A stretch of DNA of 64,000 nucleotides, taken from the NCBI GenBank assembly GCA_030265395.1, contig JARFYF010000119.1:32349751-32413750 (forward strand), written 5' to 3'. A program made the position numbers and the translations under genes. Below, piece by piece: positions 13,496 to 23,895 of this stretch; position 1 is the stretch's first letter; each line of letters begins with the position of its first letter. The notes under the pieces were generated by a model. It was not told where the DNA came from and did no database searches. It saw nothing but the letters and a program-made list of their open reading frames with translations. The DNA is from Rhina ancylostomus. Its lineage: Eukaryota.

Positions 13496-14040
13496 CTTTC
13501 AGGAAAAAATCAGAAACAAAAATTAGCTCAACCAGAATGATTTTTCTCATATTTAAATCAAATAGAGCAGCTAAACTCTACAAAAATAAAACAGATCTTT
13601 GCATTTTTATTTAACAAATCATAGTCTTGACTCAAATGCCAACCCTGCTAAGAGGGCATTTCTGTGAAAGCAACTGGAAAATACTGAAAATAACATCAGA
13701 AGATGCAAAAAAATAGTATAATATAAAAAAGCTTCACCTGACCTGTTGACATATCAACATATTGCATAATACCTGCAATTTCTACATGGTGGTTCTCCAA
13801 AGTCAATTACTTTACAGGGGAAAAAAGGATGATCCTCCTTTCCACAGGAACAAAGACAATTTAAGATGCGGAATGAGTCAACCTACTTTCTTTTAAAAAA
13901 AAGCTACATCTAGTAACAACAAGGAGGAGCAAAAACAAAATGAGTTGCTAACCAGCTCACTTTTCAACTGATACATGGCTGTTGAACTAAAATAATACAA
14001 TTAAAAGTTCGAAGCTTTTTTTAAAAAAAAAGTTACTTAC

Positions 14041-14058
14041 CTTTGTAAACAGTTGTCA
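14041..14058 (-). other. RB1CC1: Candidate 18-nt in-frame microexon TGACAACTGTTTACAAAG
   Basis: Consensus donor AAG|gtaagt at 14040, weak acceptor tccctgaag, open in phase 2. Confidence 0.3.
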
Positions 14059-14506
14059 CTTCAGGGACCAAGATATCCTCAACATACCATGGTTAAGGTC
14101 AGCATAATGGCAATAGAAAATAAAAACAAAACTCTAAGACCTTCAGCCAGAACTGCACAACAATATTAGAGAGGTAAAGTGTGTCCCCTTGTGGTCATCT
14201 TAGTATTTTCAGCCAGAGAGGGTAATGTAACAGAAATTCCATCCCCCAATTGGCAGAAAAATTTGACAAGATTTAAGCAAGTGTTAACTGTTCAGACTGA
14301 TTATTTGAAATTTTAATCTAATTACATTTTGCAATGCAATACTATTGCAAAGTCAAAGTTTTAAGTGTATGAAACTGAAGGCACAAAATGTAAAACTCTA
14401 AAGTACAAAACAATAAAAAGATGGAAAATTTGGTATGTGGTTAACTTCATTTGAAGAATGAGAATTACGGCACCTCAAGGCGAGTAAATCTACCTTTCTT
14501 CATTTG

Positions 14507-15464
14507 TTATCCTCCACATACCACGAAAAACATTGCAAAATACTTATAGTAGAAAAAAAACTATTTATAATAAGTAGTTTGTGAAGTGGATCAGATACAT
14601 TGCCTGAATTTAATGGTATAGAAGATGCATAATCTCTTTTGAATGTAGGAATCTCTGAATATGGCCATTGCCTGCAATTGCTAAAATATTTCATCATTTC
14701 TACATGCTTGGGGTGAATGGCCATTCAGTTTTGCAGATGTTAGATGGTTACTATTCAGAAAGATAAGATTAGCTGTTATTTTTGGTCAGTTTTAAGCAAT
14801 TTCAAGAGGTTGCCAATAACAGGGAAGTTAATTTAGAATAAGACCCAATTTTCAACATGTTTTGATCTTCAAACTGGGACTTGGCTCAACTTGTCCCTGA
14901 GCATTGCATTAAATGACTCTTCTTTCACTCCAAGGCTAATAGCATCTTTCAGGATTTGAATTCATATGGAGAAATTAGTATTGTTTCAGGAAGTATAGGA
15001 AAACCAGTTTTTAAGCCATGCCAAATGGCAATTCAGATGAGCCAAATCTTCTACTCCTGTATTTTTTTTTGGAAGGGCTTGGCTGTACAAAATTTACTGA
15101 AAAAGATACATTTCAGAAACTTTCTGACCAAACATAAAAAGAGCCAATTACAAAAAAAATTCCAGCAGTCAAAAGATAACTTTGATGAATGCATATAGTA
15201 TGGATCCCATTTTTAATCCACTTTATTGACTCAAATATTCATCAGTAAAGCACCAAAGACATTATTTTTCCCTTCAAACAAAAACGAAGTATGATGTCTT
15301 GTTCATAGAAAGCATTTAAAAAAAAATCACAGAAGAGTAAACCACAGTTGACAGATTATATTGTAGAATATGAAAGGAAACTTGGTTGGTTCTGGCTGAA
15401 AAATGTCTTTAAAAGAACATTTGTCCCCATTATGCTGATTTTACCTGTGGTATGTGGAGGATAA
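14507..15464. repeat. Perfect 18-bp inverted repeat (14507-14524 / 15447-15464)
   Basis: ttatcctccacataccac and gtggtatgtggaggataa are exact reverse complements. Confidence 0.9.
15222..15444 (-). other. RB1CC1: Candidate stop-containing alternative exon (poison or alternative terminal); 3' end uncertain
   Basis: Acceptor ctatctctctttttcattatcctccacataccacag with an 88-nt AG-free zone; gives AG|G TAA; AATAAA at 15227-15222. Confidence 0.4.
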
Positions 15465-15546
15465 TGAAAAAGAGAGATAGTTCATCAAGTTTAAAAATTT
15501 TGTACCATTCCAAAATTTGTATTTGTATGAAGCACTTTGCACTTAC

Positions 15547-15555
15547 CTTTTCCTC
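15547..15555 (-). other. RB1CC1: Candidate 9-nt in-frame microexon GAGGAAAAG
   Basis: ttctaat branch motif at -19, aaacag acceptor, consensus AAG|gtaagt donor; frame-preserving in phase 2. Confidence 0.5.
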
Positions 15556-18500
15556 CTGTTTAAATACATCCCATTAGAAATTATGAAAGTCATGGAACAG
15601 ATTGCCTTTTAGCAACTTGACCAATGAAGTGATATTTTATCTTTCACACAGTGATAACTTGGGACTACTTGCTATTCCAATTTTAATTAGCCCTTGTAGC
15701 CTTTCCTTCCAACATGTCTACCCATCTTTAGGCAAGTTCCAAGATACCCACTGTTCCATTTTGACTGAACTTTGGGCACACACCAAGAGCAAAATCTATA
15801 ATTGAATATTAGCATCGATAAGGCTATTGTAAAGAATTAAAGGTAAAAGTATATGGAATTTACTTGGCACAAGAATGAGGAAATCTATTCTTGCAGTTTC
15901 TTCAACTGTTAAATCTTAAAGGGCAAACAAGAATTTAACAAAGCTATCTAACATAACTGAATATGAATTTCTATTGATCTGACATTATCCCTACATCAAA
16001 GATGAAAAGATATACAGAAAAGAACATCTTAAATGTCACTACTGGCAACAATTGCACTAATGATAGTACAAGTGGTAGCCTCAAACAAAACCAGTAAGTG
16101 TAAGGTGTTCATTTCTGTTTAAGTTATTTGAGATCATTTATCTGAAATTTCAGTTAGCAATTACTAGGTCAAGGGTTCCTTCAATTCCCTACTTCTATAC
16201 CTGAAATAAAAATGTTAACTAATGCAAAAGTATTAAGTGCATAAATAAGAACCACATCCATGATTCTTTCAACATGGGCCCAAGTCTACTTGTAAGGATC
16301 ACCCTTCTGAAATATGTCAACAACCTACCTGCTTTATTCTCATGGTTTAGATGAATTAAGGTTTTTACAGGAAGTTCAATATTATCTTTACAAGTTTTGC
16401 GGGTGAAGTTGGACGAGATAATCCCAGTCTTTAAGGAAACCACATCCTCAGGGCACGTAACCTGAAGTTACAAGAGTGCTTCCTTAATGCCTAGAGAAAT
16501 TGTGGATGGATATTTGTCTCATCAAGATTTCAGGAGAACTAGGAGTAAACTCCACATTTTGGTATCAACTATTCAAATCAGTCCTCATATTTTCACTGTG
16601 TTGACTAAATGCATCAACTCCAGCTATCAACATAATTTAGTTACCAAATTTCAAGTCAATCAGAGGTAGATGTTTAATAAAGTAGTGCACAGAAGGTAGC
16701 AAAAAAAAAACAAAGAAGAATAATGTGCAAATCTACAGCTTCCAAGATATTTAACTTTCAGGTAAAAAAAACTGAGGGCACTTCAAACAAGAGCTGATGT
16801 TTACAATAGAAGAAAACTGCACCTTCATGCCAAAAGACTTAACCAAATTATCTAGCTAAGAAAATAATCTAGTACTGAAGTGGTGCTGCACTGTCAAAGA
16901 TCTTGAAACTAACATAACGTAATTGAACAGAAAGGGATTCTTGCAAGGGAATGACCTTAACCTTTCCTCATTAAATGCCAACAACTGTTTGTGGCTTCTT
17001 GCCAAGCACAATAGTTACCATATTTATTATGGAGTACACAGAACAATACAGCACAAGCACAGGCCCTTCAGCCCACGACGTTGTGCTGAACAAAATAGAT
17101 CCTCACTACTACAAGTGTACCAGTCGTCAATGTTCAGGGTACGCAGTTTCTGCCAGCAGGTCCCAGTACACAGTCTTCCATTGGGAAACTGGCTCCCAGC
17201 ACATCAGCAAAGAGCAAAACAGCTTGCAATCTTCCCAACACTTGTGGCTAGCTATAGTAACAAGAATGCCATCAACACTGATCAACCTCACTGCCAGCTG
17301 TCAAACCTGTTGTTTAAAACTTCAGTCAGCTATCACTTTGTGTTTCAATAAATCATTGAAAGCACAAACTTCTAAGACAACTAAAACATTTAAGCTAATT
17401 TAAAATCAAATATCTTTCTCCTCTCAGCCAATGCTCACTATACTTGTGTCAGGATAACCTGGTTCAGGTTCAACGGGTGGATTTCCCAGCCAGACAGCAG
17501 AGAAATCTCAAAACANNNNNNNNNNCTATGACACTACAAGAAGAATCCAACGAAAAGCAATGCAGAAGTCCCGTGCACTATAACCTCATCTCAGGAATTG
17601 ACCACTAATAAGCATATTTGTTGATAGATCTGTCACTGAAATAATCTCAGAAATTACAGCATAGCACATGAGCTTCAGTCCTTGCTCTTCAACACGATGT
17701 AAAGCTAAGCAAGTGGTCCTTAACCTACATTAACTTTAAGGGAACTGTTCTCCATGTTCAATTCCTTCTCCAAACAGATGAAAAGATGCTTACTTAGTAT
17801 CTTGTTCATTTTCAATCCCAAGTAGCAGAGGAAAAATTAGAACAATATATCAATTTGATTAAATAAAAGGATGATAAAAATGCAAGCACAGATCAGATGT
17901 GTTGAATTATCCATTTGTGTTTAAATTCTATACAAAATGCTTCCACTGCACCAGGATCCAGTACAAAGGGAGATGTTTTATTACTACCACTACATTAAAC
18001 CAATCGTATAAAAGTTAGGTGTTTGCTTTCCTAGTTTTTGCCATAAAATATTTTACTAAATTTAATGCTAAGTGGTTTAACACACTATGTGAACTAATTT
18101 CTAGTAAAACATTGCATCAAGGCACTGCAATTTGAATCCCTCCAGAAATAATAAACGCATACAAAGGACAGCTCATTGAAGCAAGATTGCCATTAAGAAT
18201 ATTTGACATATAAATTTATATGCGCTAGTCTCATATTTAAAATTATATTTTTGTTTTCCTTTCAACTGTTAGATTCATCATGCTCCATGGATTGCTGTGA
18301 TTTATTCACCTTAAAACTTCTTGTAGCATAATGCTTCACATTCTAATAAACTTTTGCATGAAGCCTTGCTTTGTCCATGCAGCAGCAAACTTAAGTTATA
18401 AGAGATAATGGGACTAGAAGTTTAAATTTTCAACCATTTTTTATTGGGAGACATTGAAGAGTTTAAGTAGCAGTTAAACAAAATCAGAAGGTTTACCCAA

Positions 18501-19425
18501 GCAAAAGGAAGGAAATTTTCCCTATCATAAAATTCTTAATGGTTTTAGTTTGGCAAAAGATGCCTTTTTTTTAAAAAAACAAAAACTTATTTACTGAGCA
18601 ATGTATTTTTACATTGAGCATAGAGTGAAGATAGAACAAAAATTAATGTTTAAAACTGAATGCCAAAGAATAAATACCACTATTGAAGTTGTGGCATAAT
18701 CCTCACCCCCTAACTAATAATAGTTCATATATTTCAAAATTATGCTGTATGGTCAAAATGAAATCACTTCATAACCGCCTGCATCCAAATAAATCACAAT
18801 GCAGGCAAAACACTCCTCTCTCATCCTGGGGAGCAGGGTATCAGGGCACAGAGGCATGTCTAAAACCAGGACATTACTTCCTTGGTACTAGACAGGAAAT
18901 AGTCCAAATTGAAAGTTCAGATACTGTTATGTTCAAATACAAAACCTCACTGGAAGATTACTACATCGTTTTTCCTTTTTAAAAACAAAACTGGCATTTA
19001 AATTATATCCACTCTCAAAATACATATCAGCCTTAAGAACACAAGCATAACTTAAATACCCAAGGCTCAGGATACTTAAATAGGCCTGTGATATTTAGCA
19101 GATAATGCTTTGCGCTTTTTTGCTACAGACTAAAAGTCACATTTCAGTCAAGCCAAAAATGACCACATTCTTCATTGCCTTGAGTTACAAAAAATTTTTA
19201 ATAAAAAGAGGAAATTTCCATTTTTGGAAAACTATTAAGGTAATTTCAGATGATTCAAGCATCTTGAACACTATAAAAGTATAAAACTAGTGCATCAATC
19301 AACAGAGTACTGATACTTAAATAATATATTTTGTTTCCAGTTTTATACAAAGGATCAACATCCTAGGTCTTCATATTTGGATGGTTTTGCAACAAGCTTG
19401 TGTGGCACTTAACTGTGTAAGTTAC

Positions 19426-19529
19426 CTGAGAAATGGCTGAACTTCTGAAGGACAACAGGACTGCAGAAACTGCAAATCAGCTAAGGATACATCAGGAAGT
19501 TCAAAGTCAAACTTCCGAGGCTTGTGTGT
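19426..19529 (-). CDS. RB1CC1: RB1CC1 coding exon 11 (104 nt), contains KPRK and LQFL motifs
   Basis: THKPRKFDFELPDVSLADLQFLQSCCPSEVQPFL(R); ttgttgcag / AG|gtaact; ends in phase 2. Confidence 0.96.
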
Positions 19530-20530
19530 CTGCAACAATTAAAAGTTAATAATTTAAATTAATATTTTAATGCTGTTAACAAATCATGACCTAATGTGAC
19601 AGTTTCTCACATATGTAGTTGTTTAAGTGGAAGAAATGAATATCTTAATTAAGTCCTAAAATGGCTGTAATTATATTTTTGTAAATTACACTTTTCAGAA
19701 GGCAAATAACTTGTAATTTCTAGTATGTGATAAAAGACCAAAAGCAAAGCTGCCATTGAAATAGCAACATTTAAAGACTTACTAGTGAGGGGCTCTCATA
19801 CTTTGACTTTTTAAATAATTGTAAGCATGCTCCCCGCAAGTGAAGAGATGACTATCCTCCACTAACACTGGTAATCAGAGGCTGGTCCTCATGGCCTGCA
19901 AGATGTATGCAGAAAGATCTTCCTTTGTTAGGGAAAAGGCACAGTGGCCATGGGGAATCAAGTATCACTTGCTCACAACGCAAACAAGGATGATTCTGGA
20001 ATTAAGACCAGTGCCAGCAGTTGCAAGAATGAACACCATTACAAATGTTCAATCCCACAACAAATTAACACCTCAAAAAGTGATACTTTAGTAACAGTAG
20101 CTTAGGAAGAAAATATAGCCCAAGGAGGGCATAGTAGGTATAATAAGCACTGCTAGAGTATAGCAGGGCTGAGAATTCAAAGTAATATTTAATTTAAAAG
20201 AAAAACACAGGTTATCATTTTCACAGGGTCCATGACAAGTGAAGAAACTGCTTCTCAACTCTCAACCAAATTGATAAGCTCAAATGCTCATTTAGGACCT
20301 ACATAACTCATTGGTTATACATGACAGAATGAATAACTAAACATACATTATTTAAAAAAACTCATCTTGCAAGTTAAACAGATGAGGGAAAAAACCTTAA
20401 TATTCCTTCAAATTAGAACATTAAGAGGGTATTGAAAACGTTACAAATACAAAAATCATATAATCACTGAAATTCTGCAAATGTTAGCAAATGTAATATT
20501 TTAATTATTCAAACAAAAATGTATACGTAC

Positions 20531-20595
20531 ACAAAACGATGATGGTAGCCAAGAGTCAAGTCCCTTAAACAAGCGATTTCTAAGAAATGATCTTC
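20531..20595 (-). CDS. RB1CC1: RB1CC1 coding exon 10 (65 nt)
   Basis: (R)RSFLRNRLFKGLDSWLPSSFC; cttctctctatag / TGT|gtacgt. Confidence 0.95.
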
Positions 20596-22689
20596 CTATA
20601 GAGAGAAGCCCAAATATAAATATACAGTTTAAGGACAATAACTCTTCAAAGCTGCACATGATACTTTACATAACACAAATTATCCCTCTGGAGTGAAAAT
20701 TCAGAGTGCTTCACTAAGCATTATCAAACCAAGTTTTTAATATTGTGACCAAGGAAGATGACCAAAGTTTTTTTTTAAGTAAAAAAGCATCCTAAAGGAG
20801 GAATGAAACAGAGAAGCAGACGTTTAAAGAAGAGAATAATCAGAGATCAGAGCTTTGTTAGTTGAAGATACTATCAACATAAAGCAACTAAGTAGGACGT
20901 TCAAAGAGCCCGATTAAAAGATATGCCAATATCTTAAAGAAGCAATTACAAAGCCAGAGAATATTGATGCACCATTCAAAAAGGGAGATTACTTCAAGTT
21001 TCAGAATGTCAGAAAAAATAGAGAAGTTATAAACAAGCTAAAATTGAAATAGTGAGTTTATGGGACATGTGGATACAATTAAGTAAAGAGAGAACATGAT
21101 AAAATAAGGAAAGAAATAAAGAAATGCAAAGAAAGGCAAGGAGGTAGTTTGAAAGAATCTCAATAATATGAAGAACAGTTTCCTATTGTTATTATCAGTG
21201 AAAAACAATAAAATGTGAGATAAGTTTCTGAGAGGAGGATAATATTTAGTTAACAAAATTATGAGGAATACTCCATAAATGCATCATATCAGTATGAAAT
21301 AGGAAACAGAAATATTATAAAATGTAAATGATTAGAGAAATTAGATGTGTCATAATCCAATTGAATATTGTAAAGGATCAGGAGGGAAATGAGAGAATAA
21401 CCAGCACAGGCCTAAGGAATGAAATTTCATGATCCTATGAACAGTGAGAAATGCAAAACTCTTTCACAGTTTAATTCCGTATTTAAAATGAACTGCCTGA
21501 ACATCATGAATTTTCAGTTAGAAGCTGCTTCCAAAAAAAGTTAATAACCTGTGTAAAATATAAGAAACATTTTTTATGAAGATGATGATTGTATTAAAGG
21601 GGGGAAAAGCAGAGAATGATAGGAAACTACTGGAGAAGATTAAATTAATTGGATTTAAGGGAAGGGTAACAACTTAAAATTTGGTTTGAGGGAGTGTACA
21701 AAACTGATATATGTATGTAGCAAATTGCAGCTCATCACTGCATTTGTGACTTCACAGAGGATCTCTACTTGGGGAGAAGAGAACTCACCACTTGGAGAAG
21801 AAAGCATCAGCTAATGTGGTTATGTGGATTTGGCCAGATTCTGTGCTTGCTGAGACCACAGAAATGTAACGTTAGGGTGAAACTTTGAATGTCTCATCTG
21901 TGTAAACGCCACAAGTGTGTGACCACCAAAAGCAGGTCTTATTTGTCATATGGTTCCTTCATTCTGAGGCAGTCTGCTCTGCCTGCCAAATTTCACCCAC
22001 ATGCCAAACCAATCATTTTCCCTTGCCAATCAAAGGCAGGGCCATTGCCCAATCCATTGTGTTCATTTTCTTTCCATTAATCACTTACCTAAAAACTTTG
22101 GAATTTTTTTTTATCCCATTGGTGTGGTGATGCTAACATATATAAAGACTATTTAATAACTATAAAATTATAAGGGAATGATTTATACCATACTTTTCTC
22201 TCTTATCAAATGCCAAAAACGATTTTAGATAGCTAAGTGAAAATTGCAGTGTTTGCAAATGTTGGATTCAAGGATTTAGACCTCAAATTATAAGAACCAA
22301 GTCTGCTTCAATGTACATGTGTATAATTAAAGTCCAACATTCTCAAACACCAAAGAACACTAAATGTAATATTTTTATATTCCAAAAATTGGAGATTGTA
22401 AGGAGGCACTGAACTTTGATTTGAAATGACATTATTTATTCACGAGCATGGGATTACTGATACTGAAAACACCAAAGCCTAGTCTAATGTTCTTCAGGAC
22501 AGGAAATCTGCCTGTCATACCCATTCTGGCCTACGTGTGACCTGAAGCAATCTAAATGGCTCTTAACTGCCCTCTGAAATGGTTTAATAAGCTGCATAAA
22601 CACAACAATTTCACACCAGATCAGTCAAACTTGCAAAGTCCCCCAATGAACATTTGGAGACAGGTGTCTAAATTGAAGGAGCTCTCCCA

Positions 22690-23670
22690 GAGCTAAGCAA
22701 TCCTATAACTAACAGATCAGATCAAAGGTCTATGGTCTTGCCTTTTCAAGGCTTGGATGGTGATGGGCAATTAAACAAATGGGAGGAGGAGGCTCCATCC
22801 ATCTCCCCATCATTAACGTTGGTTTGACCTAGCATGCGAGTGCCAAAGGTAAATGTTTAAATAGATGCTCAGATTGAAGTGATATCCTGAGATCACCATG
22901 ATTACGAAGTTCAGTCATCAGCCAGTCTGATTCCCTCTATGTGATAGAGGGATCCAGTAAGAGCACTGGATACAACAAAAGCATGAGCAAGCAGTATTCA
23001 ACTGCAGCACCAAAGATTTGTTTGAATCCATTATGCCTTCAGCCAATCTGTTTCAATGCAATTACAACTGCCATAATAATGAAAATCAAGAAAATTTGCT
23101 CACGTGTGTCCTGTTCACAAAAACAGGGCAAATCCAACGGACTAATTAGTGGCCAATAAACTTACCCTCAATCATCAGTAAAATGATGTAAGCATCACTT
23201 ATTCATCAGTGCTATGAGTTTGCCAGGACCAATCAGCTCCAGACCATATAAAAGCCCTGGTCCAAGCAAAGACCAAGGAGTTGAAATCTAGAGATGAGGT
23301 GAAAGAAGTTCATCGCCATGGTGATGTGTACTTTCACAGAAACAGTGGTTCAAGCACTGGTCCATGGCCAGAGATTTACCTGCACACTTTATAAGTGTTG
23401 GTGTCCAAGTATATTGCTCTTCTGGCCAGTTGAGTTAGGATTGTTGCCCTTGGAACAGTCTGGGAGGGCAAGCTGTCCTGGCCAGACATTTTCCTCCTCG
23501 TTCCACTGGCAAGGATACTTTGACTTCACATCTCTTCCTCCTGATAAAATAGCACCATAATCCAATTTTTGAGCTGTTAATGTGCCACTCAGTTTGGGAT
23601 TGCACAGAAAATAAATCGCTTGTTACCCAAAAGGCAAGAAGCAAATGAAGTGTTTCACTTCTATGATGCA
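22690..23670. mobile_element. Old non-LTR retrotransposon RT fragments in both orientations
   Basis: 23115-23190 resembles a degenerate KQDKSNPANYRPISLLSIISKVME RT motif. Confidence 0.5.
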
Positions 23671-23749
23671 CCTGTTACAGTTTAGATTTCTTTACCCACA
23701 CCACACCCAAAATTTTCCTCACACTACCAGCTGGACTATCCTATCCTGA

Positions 23750-23895
23750 AACAAAACACTTGGTCCTACTGCAGGGTCTCGACCTGAAACGTTAACAGGT
23801 CCTTTTCCTCCACAGATGCTGCCTGATGCGCTGAGTTCCTCCAGCAGATTGTTTTTTGCTCCAGATTACAGCATCTGTCATCTCTTGTGTCTCAA
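23750..23895 (-). repeat. Dispersed short repeat (gactgcagatgctggaatct...ctcagc family)
   Basis: Related copies at ~5935-6050, 6655-6725, 24760-24800 and 33310-33480. Confidence 0.65.

Noticed and set aside
16923-17403. Two overlapping 142-aa plus-strand ORFs
   Set aside because: No recognisable motifs; they include a LINE tail fragment at ~17040-17090 and no splice or start support.
18310-18342. Possible 33-nt stop-containing exon (ttattag...AAG|gtgaat) with an upstream TGCATG
   Set aside because: Weak acceptor and donor; compatible with chance. Worth rechecking only if the region proves conserved.
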